DNA of 64,000 nucleotides, from positions 1,734,953 through 1,798,952 of the forward strand of contig JBNZDD010013584.1 of the NCBI GenBank assembly GCA_050575255.1. The letters are read 5' to 3'. How positions within the stretch are numbered: the first letter of the stretch is position 1; each line of letters opens with the position of its first letter. The notes under the pieces were generated by a model. The model made no database searches, was not told where the DNA came from, and was given only the letters and a program-made list of their open reading frames with translations. The DNA is from Harriotta raleighana (Eukaryota). Below are positions 28,221-42,502 of this stretch, piece after piece. A program made the position numbers and the translations under genes.

Positions 28221-31200
28221 TGGTGGGCTTTGCTGTAGATGTATCACTGCAGGATGCATGTCCAATGTTCAGCATTGGGGTCAGTGAACTGTATGCAATG
28301 GCTCCCTGCCATGCAGACAAGCAATCTCTCAAAACACATCACAACAACACAGCGGGAAGCAATCCATGGCTCCACTGGATCGTAACAAGGAATGTTTCCT
28401 GGGATTAAGCAGCACGCACACTATCACCATGATCCGCACGTGCAGGAATCAGCCCCTGCCTCCCCCCAGCACCCACCACCCCCAGCAACAATGTGAGAGG
28501 ATAGAGTGGAGGAAGGGCACTCCCATCTCACACTGTATCATTAGTAATGTGGGTTTGTGGGATTCTCAGTCTGGTTAGGCACAGTGATGGATTTCCGTGT
28601 GTGTCAGACACCCGGCTGATCAGGGTGACTGGTGACCAACAAAAAAAACCTGTAAAAGCTACCTGAGGTATTGTATTTCTGCTGTAAATTAGCAAAGAAT
28701 TGTCTTTAAAAGTGTCTGGGAACAGATCCCACAAAAACACAGCAAGACATGGTCTCAGACAAGAGCGGATTATGGAATCCTGTTTCCAGGTCCTGTAGCA
28801 CTTGCTGTTGGGCATTCAACATCTTACATTAATATTAATATTAATATTTAGGCTGCTGCATTCATGAATTATTTTGTAAAAAAATCAGCACCCACTCTGA
28901 ATTCAGACGCCCATGGGAACTCAGGTAAATGCAGATTCTACAAATACCCTCTTAGGATTTGAGATAAATGTCGATGGAGCCAGCACTTCTTTCCTTTGAT
29001 ATCTTTTAGATAGTTTTAGTTCCAGGATTTCTCCCATAAATTAGATGCAGTAAAGGATTCTGAGGCACACACAGGAGCTGAGCGGACACTGAGTTAGTGA
29101 TGGGCAACTGGTTCTGTAACTGTTTTCACTTAACCACAATGGCCCCTTTCGATCAAAGTTCCTTCAGAACAAAATGCAGACTCCATGTGCCCAGGTGAAG
29201 ATTTCTTCCCTGTTTATAAATGGATATTACACTGTGTATTGCACCTAATAGCAACGTGACATTTATGAGGCTTTCACATCTGAGTTTGTCTCCAGATACT
29301 GCTCAGCTCGGGAAGTAACAAACGCCCAGTGTAATACTGCCATTAATGATTCCTGTCGCTGAATTTCCCAAGACGCCACTTGGAGTCAAATCCGCAGGAA
29401 CTCTGAATCCACGGAGCACAATATTGGCATTGGATTCAGGCACAATAACACTCAGTGTATGCATAGGCACCTGGACATAAATATAGTGAAACTGCCAGAC
29501 TTTTGCCTGTCCATAAAACATCATTGGAAATCGGTTCCTGTGATCCCCACTTGACCACAACAATTTACAGTTACAAAGCGCATTTCATCTCAGGAGGATA
29601 GTAATCCTTTCATTTGACATATTTGATGTCGAGAGAATGTCTCGAAGAAGCAGAATTTACTATAAAGTCTATTTGCAGGTGGTGAACTTGACAGCCATTT
29701 TGTGCACAGCAACATCCCCCAAACAGCCAAGTGAGTTTTGCCCACAAATATACAATCAATTCACTTTACAGTATATTCTGTGAAGCGCTTTGAGTCGTCT
29801 AGAAGACGTGAAAAGCGATATGTCAAATGCAAGAATTATTATTAAGTTTCTTCACCATCACCATGGACTGAATGGCCGCGACTGACAACCCAGACACATC
29901 TCCCAATGTCCCGATGTGTACTTCAGATATTCGGGTAAGAGTGACACGCCGAGTGCCTGGAAATCTGCCAGCAACGCAATTACAAACAGCACATTTGGTG
30001 CTCCCCAATCAGAAGTATTTATTCACTCTTTTGGTGTAAATATTTCAGCTGCTTCCAAACCCTCTCCGACTCCCAAACTCTGCTCTTTGAGGTAGTCTAC
30101 AATCCCGGTGACTTTAATTGCTGGATTGACAAGCAGAGGTCAGTGACTGCATCATAAGAGGTTGATTCAGACAAGTAGCAGTAATCACCTATCTCCAGGA
30201 CAATGAGGTACTATCGAGACCAAAGAAAATACCATTCGAAGATAATATTGATTCAGTCATATCACAATAATGAATATTTTTATCAGGATTTATCTGAAGT
30301 TCATAGACGTGATGAACAGCTGGAAATCTAACTGCCATTCTGGTCCCATTGCCTCCCAACATGAAAGGCGCTCTATAAATGTAATTTTATTGTTATTGCC
30401 TGTGCTCTATTCACGTTCAGGAAAACAACAAAAAAATTACATTTATAGAGCGCCTTTTACATTTGGAGGACATCCCAAGTTGCTGAACAGTCAGGTGGGA
30501 CCCATAAAGGTTGGCTTTATCGGGACTTTACGTCCATGTTTGTATGTGTTCCCAGCTAAGGACATGTGTCATTTTTTGCTTCAGATTCTGTGAGTTTGCA
30601 ACTTCAATACATTTCAAAGTGAAGTTAGTTTCTGCACCATGGGGTCTTGCAAACAGCAATGAAGTGAATCACCACTTAATCCACGGGATTATCAGACGAG
30701 ATCACAGAAACCTGTGTGAAACCTTATTTGACTCAGAAACTCCCTTCTCTTTCCCAATAGTGCCACTTTGACTATTGTCCTCCCGACGTGAAAGGCGCGA
30801 TATAAATGTAATGATTGATTGATTAACTGGTTGATTGATTAATTGATTGATTGACTGACTCAAAGAACCATGGGATCTTTAACGTCCTCTTAAACAAGCA
30901 GACGGGACCTCGGTCTAAGATCGGCACATGTGACAATGAACATTCACATTCAACATCATCTGGACATTAATATTTCAGGAGATATTTGATGGGAGAATGA
31001 TTTACACACTTATTAAAAGTATAGATATGGCGAACAATAATGCCAGCTAATTAATTGTGAACCCAAGAGTGTGGACAACTGCTGCTCTGCGAAACATCCG
31101 AGTCTGTAACAATCAACCTATGACACACTAATAGATTAGACAAACTGAGACTCACAAGCCTTGAAAGGAGGCATCTCAGGGAGAAACATAGGGTGGTGTA

Positions 31201-33379
31201 TAACATGCTAAATGAGGTTCAGAGAGCGAAGCCAGAAAAATAGGTTAGATGTGCTAAAGGCAGCAGGACAAGAGGCCAACAGATCAATGTCAGAACAGAC
31301 ACCAGGAAGTATTTCTTTGCACAGAAGGGAAACAGCTGTACACGAAAGGGTAATTGAGGCAGGGACACACTGGATACTGTCAAGAAACAGCTTGATGCTG
31401 CGAGGGGAGGACGCTAGGCTGGGTACTCTGAAAGGTTGAGATTAAATGAGTTAATAATAATAAGGTCCTTCTTCAACCAAGCTGATCTTGCAAACTTGAG
31501 CATCAAGTGCCTTTCCCACTGAGGTAACACACAAGTCGTCACAATAAGCCCAGTTGTCTATTGTAATGGATTTAAAAATAAAGCAAGAACTTCTTGATTT
31601 AGGGAAAGGAATAACTGTAGAAAGAGCATCTTATTATTTGCCACCTTATTATTGTAGATAAAGGGACAGGCTTAAATCTCTTATCAATCCGTGCTTCCTG
31701 TATTAGGAGTCTGATAGAGAACATTTCAAGCACATTCTCCCTTCCAGAGAGAGACTGTCTCCAAGCTTAGAGTCATGTTTTTCCCCCAGAGATTGTCTGC
31801 CCCTGAATGAGGCCGTCCGCAGCTGTCAACTTGTGTACAAGAAGCTCCAGGTCATGAAATCACAACTTACTCCAAATCTTGACATATTCTGGGGAAGTAT
31901 TTAGGGCGATTGATTGATGTTGGTTTGCCTCGGGAGGGATTCGGGGGTTGTGGGGAGGGGATTGCTGGCTTCCCCTGACACTCTATGGGATCTGAGGAGC
32001 GACAGCTGGATGGACCCGGTCTCCTCCCCAATCAGAACAAAGAATCTGGTGGGGACATGTTCTCACTTGGCTCCCTGTCAACTGTGGGAAGGACGCATGA
32101 AGCCTGTAACAGTCACAGTGAAAGGCCTCATTACTGCTGCCAAGTCACAGGGAACCCTTCCTGGAGGTAACTGATGAATAATCCATAATGAGCCAGTTGC
32201 AACTCAATCCCTTCCCTTCTCAGCGATGCTCGTCAGATGACCTCCTGCACTAAGCCTGTGGGTTGACAACGCGCACGAGAGGCGATAATAACAAAGTAGG
32301 AACAAGTGGGAAACTTCCCAATTGAGCTGCTGAGCAGACAGTGAATCTGTAATGAGGGAAAACGAAAATGAAGAGAGGAAAATAGGTTTTGAGAAGATAT
32401 TTTTTCACCCCCCTCGAATTGAACGTCAAGTACTATTACAGAGCAGCTGGTCTAAATGTTTATTTGTTTGAGGAAGTTTCTCTTACACAAATAGATGGCA
32501 ATGTAGGACAACAATTGTTTCCCTTAGGAAGTTAGGAAATTATCTTAACTCCTAGAATCCTAGTCACCAGGAGGGAATTGTTGTATTAATTTATTTACGT
32601 ATTTAATCTCTTTTTATCAATCCAAGAAACTGCTAACCAAGTGCGGAGGGTAAGGAGCAGCAAGAATGCTCCACCTTCTTGCTTAGCAATTCATTGAATT
32701 AATAAAAGAATCCAGTGGAACCCATTGCTTCCAGTCATGAACAATGGTGATTAATAAGTTGTCGAGTGAAACTACAACTTGCATGTATCTAGTGCTCTTC
32801 ACACCAGGCGGCATCTCAGAGCATATAAACCCCTTTATAATAATAATAATCACAACAGCTGCTCACCCCTTTACACAGATGTAATTTTGTTTTTGTTGTT
32901 GTAATAATAACCCAAGTATTTAAGGCAGTGCCTGCAACATCAAAACATTTCAAAGCTTGTTAAGGGCATTGATTGAATTTGTAGGCAGGCAATTTTCACA
33001 CATCACAAACAGCAAGAAGCTGGAAGAATTGAAGGATCTGAAGGATTGGTGGCCAGGACACTGGGAGAAACTCCTTTCTCTTTGTGATAGAATCACAAAA
33101 TCTTTAACCTCCACCCGAATAAGCAAGGTTGGCGGGTGAGGGGGAAGTGGGGGAGGGAGTCGGTAATGTCACACCTGAGAGATGGTGACTAAGATGATGC
33201 AGTCTTACACCATCAAGATGTCGGTCTTTAATAACTCAACGTCATCATAAATACACACCCTCAAAAGCAGCAGCAGACTGCTTTTTCCCATTCATTACAT
33301 ATTTACAGTTCTAATACTGCTTACAATCCCATGCCTTCATTACCTTTGCACCAAAATATACTGTATATTAGATGTCAGT

Positions 33380-35412
33380 CACATTCCTTAGGCCATGTAT
33401 AACAATACGAGTATTTATAAATGTTTAGATTTACTTACATAGTTATTTGAAGATGAAGTCCATCCGCCTTTCCTTCTGAACAAAGATTTCCGTAACCAAA
33501 CGGTAAAAATTATTAGTCTTGCTGCCCCGTAGTTGGAAAAGCCTTTCCTAGTTTCAATTAATTTCATTCAATTCAGAATAATCATGGCTTATACAAGCCT
33601 TGAATGTGAGTCCCACCTCGTCGGTGCAGCCCTAGGCTTGCATGGCTTCACTACATCATCAAGAAGCCTTGTGCATTTGGTAGATTTGTTGAAAAATGAA
33701 GCAAATCCCTCTACTGTTTTAAAAAATATTTTACATTCGGGGATGAGTTTTACACACTGAGAAAGTACCAGATTCAACTTGTGAGTGTAACAGTGTGTCA
33801 ATGTCACTGCTGGGGCTTTTTCTTTTATTTTGGCCTGAACTCCATTTAGGTCTGATGCCATTACAGAGGCTCCATCGTATGTCTGAGCTACCAGCTTTTG
33901 AACTCAGTTGCATTTTTCCAGGGCCTCTAAAACATACTCTGACAAAGCCACTGCTGTTCTGTCATTGCTCACATCAAACCCCAGAAATGCTTCTTCACTT
34001 CACTGTTCAGCACATATCGTAAAATCATAGAGACCTGAGCTTTGCTACTAATGTCAATCGACTTGTCTACTTCATCGACAACAAATGGTGCTAGAGAAAT
34101 CTCTTCTTTGATGTTACTTCTTATAGCTTCCCTGATTGCTTCAATCAAATCGTTTTGTATTCTGTTAGACAGACCGAGGATGACTGTAAATGTGTGGCTA
34201 ACTTCTCATCGTAGCTAGCAATGAGGAGTTATTAGCTCTACATAATTGCCACGATTAACAGAACAGCTACTCTCATCATTACCGCGGAAGGAAAGCTCCT
34301 GCCTGATGAGATAGCAAGTGGCATCTATCAGCCTTTTCAAAGTGTCGCGGTTTTCTTTGACTTTTTTATTGTGCTGTTCAGTATGGATCTTTTGCTGTTC
34401 ATTTAGAGCCAAATCTATTCGCGTATTTCCAAAGGTTTTCGGTCTCTCTGGCTTTAGATGTGAGACACAGATTTCATGTTTACCGAGAGCAGTTGGCAGG
34501 TTGTTAAGGTCACTGTAACCGGTTCTTATCCATACACTGTCAGTAGTGGAAAATAAGAAGCATGGGATGCAAAAGAATCTGTTACTCACAGCACAGCCAC
34601 AAAGTCACTCTTTTCTTACATACTAGTCAGGCTGAAAAGACTGCGGAATTTTCTGTCCTTTCCGTTGATGTAAATTATTTCAGTCAGGTTCCAGCCTTCC
34701 TTTCTTAATTACATCAAATTTTTCTTGAAAAGACATTTTCGAAAAGTTCCTTAAAGTTTCCATTTCCATTTTTTTAAATTTTGTCGTCGTTGAGGGTAAA
34801 GCACTTTAAAATTGATCTTGTGCGGTAAGCACTGACTCGTGACGAGCTGCCTACCAGTGTAAATAGCCACCGTGACCTACTCTCTGATTGGTTTTACCCG
34901 GTCAGCGCAATGCAGGAGTGGGGTTAGAACAGTGGTTCCCAACGTTTTTTTGCTGCGACCCAAATTAACCATTAGCATGTCCTCCACCACCAGAGGGCGA
35001 TATCGCAATTGACGATTAGCTCAGCCAAAACATTATCTCCCTCTTTTGTGGACTCAGCGCAATTCATAAGTACCCTTTTTATGATTGCAATTGATAGAAA
35101 GAGGAAAGGCAGCGGTAGCTTGTGCCTATTTCACTTGTTACTGAGACAATGAGAAAGGAACGTGCATGCGCTTCGGAACTACATTCAAAAAAGGCATTGT
35201 GTTCCGCTGCCTTTCTGTTGCTTTTAAGTCGGCATATAAAATCGCAGTTAAATAATTTTGGTCGGTTCTACTAAAAACTACTAATCCACTAAAAATCATT
35301 TGCATTATGTAAGATGTGCATTGTAAAAATATAAACCATTAAATAATCATCTACAATTTTAAGTTTTTATTTTCATAAGGTAGGCACTGCCTACCCTGGC
35401 AGCACGTCCATG
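33380..35412 (-). mobile_element. Degenerate hAT DNA transposon (ZMYM1-like/DUF4371-type transposase, frameshifted and internally deleted)
   Basis: Fragments FCIPCFLF...WIRTGYSDL, QELSFRGNDES..NRGNY, MAS..NGVQAKIKE.AP...HCY.HKLNLVLSQ, PTRW, and C-terminal FVQKERRMDFIFK* at ~33440-33485. Candidate terminus near 35380-35412. Boundaries approximate. Confidence 0.8.
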
Positions 35413-37534
35413 CTGCGCTATAAAATACTATGATTACCAGCACTTTGAGACGTCTCGAAGTGGTGATAAGGTGCCATATTAAATGCAATACTTATTCTTA
35501 TTAGACTTATTTTTATTATATAGCACCTAGGGCGCTATATAAATCCCAGTTGTCGTTGTTGTTGTTTATTATTATTTTACAGTTTAGATATTAATGGTTT
35601 GTGCCACCCTGCTGGGCTGGATGACTTGACGTTGGCTGGACTGGGATGGGGTGGGGGCAGGAATATAAAATTAGGTGGGTGAGAAGCAGGCGATGGGAAC
35701 TGGTTTTGTCTGCCTAAATAGAACCTACTGTAGCCCAGCCAATCAGCTACTTCCTTTTAGTGGGGTTTGTGCCATATGTGCAGCTCTGGAACACAAGTGA
35801 CAGATAAAACCTCCGATCTCGCCATCAATGAAGGAAGATAGATGGGGAACTGAGCGAGACACTGAAATATAGTGACAGGTGAAGAATTGCCAGGATCGGG
35901 GCCCAGTCTAATAGCCTTTTGCTGCAGTGAAGCCTGGGAGGTTTCATGTCAGCTAAAAACCCACTAAAAATGGTCGATTCACATTCCAATAGCCTGACAG
36001 TCACTGTTCTGAAAAGTATGGACACAGATTCATAACCCGCCTGTGTGACCCCCACCTCGTGTATTGTCAGTGTTAGCTCTGATCTGCCTTGTGACTAATC
36101 AGCTAAGGCGCAAAGCAGTGGGGGAACAGGCTGACGGAGCAGCGCTATGTATCATTTGTACAGGAAACATACACTCCATGGTATGCAGGTTAGAGCAGAG
36201 ATGACATTGTTTGTACACGAGACACACATCAATGGTGTGGGTATGGAATTCATTACTACAAATGCCTATTCAGGCCGGATCAATGGAAACATTCAAAAGG
36301 GAACTTGATAAACACCTGAGCAATAAAAATATCAAATGGGTAGGAGGAGATCAAGCTGGAAATTGGGATTGATTACAAAAAAAAGCTGATTAAATAAACA
36401 CAGGTAACATCCACAGAATCTTCTGCACTGGCCTCATTTATGCAGAAATTGTCGACGTTTCTATTTCGGAGTTTGTACATCATTACACAGGAAGCAGCAC
36501 TGTTCATACAGTTTATGATTGTGAATTCCCTCCGTCTCTCTGAGTGCCCCCTTACTCGTTAAATTCCACCACAACATCTACCTCTTCAACTTCTCCTGTG
36601 GTCACCTCCCCTCTGCCTTGCTCACTGCCCTACCCACCACAGTGCAGAATCCAAGACTCTTATCTTGCGACAAGGAGAAGAAGAAGGTTGTAACTGTGAG
36701 TAAGTGTGCTTGGTGGTGTTATTAACTGGCTCAGATACAANACCCACCACAGTGCAGAATCCAAGACTCTTATCTTGCGACAAGGAGAAGAAGAAGGTTA
36801 TAACTGTGAGTAAGTGTGCTTGGTGGTGTTATTAACTGGCTCAGATACAATCTTCAAACGATCAGATGATATTCCCTCGCAATTTTTTGTAAAAAGCTTT
36901 TCGTAAAAACTCCCAATGGGTCACCAAGATAATACTGTCACTTTTTGCGCAAAGCTCAGCTGTTATAGAAGTGGAGAAATTACTGGAGGGATAGGCGGAA
37001 GGTACGGAGGAGCAGGTTCAGCAAGACATTAAAGCAGTCAGTGTCTATCTTCATCACTCAGAGCTAGTGTACTGCTCTGGGAGCTGACCCCCACGTGGAA
37101 CAACAGGGCGATCACTAACAGTGGGGCAGAATCTCATACATAATTCACACCAGTCATTCTGTCTCCTCAAAAGATATTCACTCACTCTGCATTTCAAAGG
37201 GATGGATATTCTAGTTAGCGGCAAGGAAAATACAAAAAAGGACAGGACCCACATTACATATTGTGTTTTTTTTAAAACTTTCTATAATTTTACTTTGATT
37301 TATCACCAACTGGGTAGGAAACAAATGCTCAAATTAAGAACTGTGACTGAATCTGTTAAGGCTCAAAAATGTGCAAATGTCCCTTAAATCATGAGAGCGG
37401 TGTCAGCTAGGATTATCTCCCCACCCTTCTGTTCAATGCTGAATATACGAGAAACATACATTTATTTACGATTCAAACTATATTTACTCATGTCCCTGGT
37501 TTAATGGAAATAATTGTCTATATCAACAACAACT

Positions 37535-37857
37535 GAATAATCCTCGCATTTGATACAGTGCCTTGTTGGCACCTCAAAGCGCTTCACAGAATATACTGTA
37601 AAGTGAATTGACTGTATATTTTGTGGGCGAAACGCAGCAGCCAATTGCCCAGCAGTGTCCCACAAACGGTCGTGGTGGAGTGCCCAAATTATTATTAGAC
37701 AAATTATTTGGTAAACAGAAACAATAGTAAAACTAGAGTAAAAAAGGCGTTAGTGTGTAGAGTAAAAAAATTTGCCCAATGTTTCACCTGCCTGGGAATC
37801 GAACCCAGGTCTCTCACTTGAAAGGTGAATGCTCTAAGCACTAAACTACAGGACTCC
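37535..37857 (-). mobile_element. tRNA-derived SINE
   Basis: Reverse-oriented family copy. Confidence 0.85.
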
Positions 37858-40800
37858 AATCTGCAATAAAATCCAGAGTTGAAAAAAGAACCAAATGAAA
37901 TTTGAACGGTACTAAAAGCTATGTTAACAGAACAGTGTTTTGAAGTGATCAAAAGAAGCAAACATTTATATATACCTTGACAAATTGAGGTGTTTGGCAA
38001 CCAGATTTTAAACACATACAAACATGCACCTCCATTCTCAGTGCTTTTTGATCTTTCAAGGTTAACATTCATAGCACTTCGGAAATCTAAGCCGTGTTCA
38101 TAACAAATGTGTTAAGGGGAATGATTTACACTCTGTTTGTTCTAAAGTAATGGCATTCTTTGCTCCATTTATCTAGTTCCAAACTTCACAACTTCTGTCA
38201 TTCTGGACATTTATTAGATTTTATGAGTGTTATATTATAATTTGAAAATAGTAAATAATGTATTATTTTTCCAATGAATTGATTTTCCATTGATTAATAT
38301 GGCATGATTCCCATATTAATGGGATATTTACAAAATATTAATATCATAATTGAAAAAAGTATTTCAGTGCTCCTCTTTCCATACTTTCTCCCGGGTGCAT
38401 ATAATATTAATAATAATAATCCTTGCATTCATCCTTGCAGAATACACTGCTGTGCGCAATTGGCTACCATGTTTCACCCACAAATGTACAGTCAATTCAC
38501 TTTACAGTATATTCTGTGAAGCGCTTTGAGATATCTAGAAGACTTGAAAAGAGCTATGTCAAATCCAAGGATTATTATTATTCTTTATTATTATTAATGA
38601 TTGGCATTTGACCTGAACACTAAGCCACTGACATTTCCCAATAATCTCAATGAATCAGGTCAGCTTCTCAAATCACAGTGAGGCACTCCACTATTTTCAA
38701 TGGCCTAAATGTCCAAGCAGTCTTAGCCTGTGGGACACAATTGTCTTAACATTTAACGTTTTCCAGAATTTCTAAAACTGAATTGTAAAATTGGAGAGAG
38801 GATCAGAAAAACCAAAAAACCCAATCAGCCCAGAGATACGTAGTGATGGGCCTCTGGCTGGGATCCAATGTGGAAGCTTTAATCCATCAGCAATGTAAAA
38901 GAGTGGAATCTGCGAGTTTAACTCGTTCCCATCACTGTACTGCTGCATTTCACAAAACTAACAGGATTTCCTCATGTTCAGCAACTGTAATCACCCAACC
39001 TGACCTCTGTGTTTGGGTTAATAAACAATGCCCCTAGCCAGGCTTCTTAGTGTCAATCTTATATTCACAACAGTTTGAACATTAATTTTTCAATTACTTT
39101 CTATATATCTTCAGGGGATGATGTGCATCGACAAAATTGACTCATATGATTGAAAACCATTTCCCTTTATTCCCGATTCCAATCTCAGGGGCTGTTGACA
39201 TACCTGTAGTTACCCCCTCTTTTTTTATCAGTGATAATAATAATAACTCCTGCATTTTATGTAGCGCATTAACATGTCTTTGAGATATCTCGTGTGGCGA
39301 CGAGCCTCCGCTGGGATCCAATGTGGAAGCTTAATTTATCGGCGTGGAGCAGAGTGGAATCTGGGAGTTTAACTCTCTTCCATCATTGTGTTACTGCATT
39401 TCACCGCATTGAGAAATTGACAAATTATTTTTCCATCCAAAGCAGCAAATGATAATTTTGAGACTTGTGAGGATCAGTGCCCCACACCACACAGACTAGT
39501 CTCGCATCTAAACTAAACCTCTGCTCGTTGATGAAGGACTTCAGTGCCTGTTGACTGCGAATTTGTCAAGTCACTCCTCACACGTCCCTAGCGAACCTTC
39601 CATATTTGCCCTGGAGCATCGGCAGCCAAAAGGCAATCTGTGGCTTTATTGTATTCCTTTTCATGGACAGGTGTATTATATATCGGGTATTACTTTGTCA
39701 AGTTGAAATCACGCCACCCACACGCAAACCAAACCCTCCAAGAAGGAAACGTCATCTCGGTTTAATGCAAAAATCCAACTCCTGCGTAAAATAATCTCAT
39801 ATCAAAGGCTAAAAGGTGAGCCTGTCTATTCACTCATGTTTCCTCCCTGTTTTGTCATTGTCTCCTGCCTGTACTCTGTGGTATATGACCCATTTCATTT
39901 TGTAAAATCCCTCTGCCTTGACCCCACCTCATCTCTCTTGCTTTCAAATCCCATCTCTTCTGCTGTGCCTTTAGCATTCCCCTCTCGCATCACGGGCTCC
40001 TACTTTTTTTGTAAACCGTTTAGGGACACTCTCCCCATTTGAAATGTGCTGCTGAGTGCAGATTATTGTGCTCCACAATTTCTCCCCAACGATATTTTGC
40101 AGATATTAAAATTGTACTTTTTAAAAAAAAACTGAAACCACTTTAACTTGAGTTTTGTTACAAATGGCATATTTCCTCATTGCGGAGCGAGCTGGCCTGG
40201 GCTAACCGTCAGACTTTGATACTGTTTGACTTTGCCACTGCCCCCGCTCAGAACATCAAGAGAAGTTAACGATATTGTCAAAGGTAGCTGGGGGAGGTGG
40301 GGGCAGAGGTGATGGAATAGCTCCTTCAAGTGTAGGAGTTTCACTGGCCACTCACAGCACAGGTCAGGCAGAGATAACCACAGAGTTAATAAAAAACAAC
40401 TTGCATTTATTTTACCGCCCTTCTCGAGTCTCCTTAGACTCCAGCAGACTCTGAACAGCTTTGTAGGAAGGATGAAAGTGCCTTTGTCATGTTAAATCAT
40501 ATCCAATTATAACATTACAAGAAAATTAATTGCTTTGTGCAAAGAAATTACATTTTTGGAGAATATTCCAATGGTAAAATCAAGATCTCATTATATATTT
40601 GTCATCAACACAAGTATAAAATCAGTCCAATTATTGGACTAATTTAAGTAAGTAGTTTACCTGTTCGGCTGCTCTATTGATAATTATATCACTTCCTTGT
40701 TCCTACACAAATTCAATTCTCCACTTAAGTGGTGTCTTAACCCATGTGATTCAAGCAATTTTTAATAAATGAAAGTCTATACTTTTGTTTTATTAGATGC

Positions 40801-42125
40801 AAAAATAAGCAATTCATTCACTGGTTTAAACAACTAACATCTCTCAGGATCCCACTGCGAAACCTAACCGTGTTTGAATGAAAAGATTCTCTCTCACATT
40901 TTCACTGTTAAACACCACAAATTATATCAACATGTTCAAAACAAAATGAAAACAGCTGCTCATTTACCATTGGTGACATATTTGTAATTAAGGGATTTTT
41001 CTTTCACAGAACTTGATAAGACAAAGAGGATACCCCAACTCCCCTGACCAGCCCCTTTTCACCCTGTGGAGTGTAGTGGTCAAGACAGGGCCCATATTAC
41101 CTTTAAAAAGAGAAGTAGATATATATCCATATCTTTAAAAATGAATAATTTGTGGAGTCTTGGAGAAAAGACAGGTAGGATTGAATGGACTGTCCTTTCA
41201 AAGAGCAGCATAGATTTGGGGCTGAATGTCCTTCTTCTGTATTGTAAAGTTCTATGTTCTTAACTAGTTTGCACTGTGTTGAATACCAAATGACAATCGC
41301 TTTTCCCTTAAAGGCAAATGCGATGAGACAGCAGAAAGAAAATGATTCACAGTTAATTTGGCCACTCTATTTCATACCACCAATGACATACCCTCTTGGG
41401 TAGTTGGAACTGTGTGTCCAATTACGTGGGAAAATAGCGATTAATAATGAAATATAGTCATTAAAAAATGACAGCTTGTACACTCCCAAGGATACTACTA
41501 GATGGAACGAAGCCAGGAAAAAGTACAGGAAAGAGCAGAAAATGGGTGGTGTGGAGGGGGTTTTAGTGGAAATGAAAGAGTTGCTTAATAAAGACAATCA
41601 ACAGCACCACAGAATGGAAAACAATCTATTGATATAACTTTTAGAAATGTATCAAGTGGGAATCAGAGGCCTGTTTGTTTGTAATCAACAAACACAGCCT
41701 AATTGTGTATAAAGGCATCAATTCGCGAACATCTTACTAATTCCCGCTTTTCCTGGAGAAGTTGATGCTGTATTGACGTGGTGTACATTAGTTCTGGCTC
41801 CATTGGTAGCACTCCCATCTCTGGTCAAAGTCCACACCTGTATTTGAGCTCATAGCCTAGGCTGCTGTGCTGAATGAGACGTTTTGATGGAGGTTAACAC
41901 ACTATTTGAAAGAGAGAGTAGTTTCTCCAGGTGACCAATAATCCCATAGATAAAATTAGCCATGGCTGTTTGCAGAACTTTGTCGTGAGCACATTTGGCT
42001 GATTAATGATTTGTTATTATGAATGATTTTAAAAACATTATGCTGAAATATGTGAACTTCTGTGAAAAGGACTTGAAATCATAATTTTCTCACGTTTAAA
42101 GCCACATTAAATTTGTGGTGTCAGA

Positions 42126-42156
42126 TTGCCACCTGGTGCTCATATGCAGCACAGCA
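42126..42156 (-). promoter_or_regulatory. CTCF-like site, reverse orientation
   Basis: Minus strand TGCTGTGCTGC-atatga-GCACCAGGTGGCAA. Confidence 0.4.
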
Positions 42157-42182
42157 CCTATGACTTTTGACAGTTATAGGAC

Positions 42183-42502
42183 TCCACAGCTCACAGAAAT
42201 ATCAAACATCTGCAGATTGTCAACAACAGAGATGACTTTGGTGGCTAAGAGAGACTTTCTCGGTCTCTATCATCTCTAGGAGAATATGACAAACTCCTCG
42301 GGGCAGACGACAGTCTGATCAACACAGATGGTGTCTGTGTTTTTCCGGAGAGACTTGGAAGAGCAAACTGGAAGTGGCCAGGACCAGTTTGTGGACCGGA
42401 AACTGGGTATTGGTGTTGATGATGAAGGTCACAGAACCGCTAGGCCTTCCTGTGCAGCTGCTGCAGGAGGTGGTGGCTCTAGCTCGACAGCTGCACGGTC
42501 AT
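42183..42502 (-). pseudogene. ZBTB40: Decayed ZBTB40-like BTB/POZ-domain pseudogene fragment
   Basis: Piecewise minus-strand translation across stops and frameshifts: MTVQLSS*SHHLLQQLHRKA*RFCD / TFIINTNTQFPVHKLVLATSSLLF / KSLRKNTDTICVDQTVVCPEEFV / LLEMIETEK / TKVISVVDNLQMFDISVSC. This is collinear with the ZBTB40 N-terminus as recalled (MELPNYSRQLLQQL..FCD..HKLVLAAASLLFK..NTDTISID..VVSPEEF..LLEMM..KIIS..D.LQMFDVAVSC). Confidence 0.8.

Noticed and set aside
36630-36850. ~110-bp tandem duplication
   Set aside because: Split by single N at 36741 with about one substitution; assembly artefact
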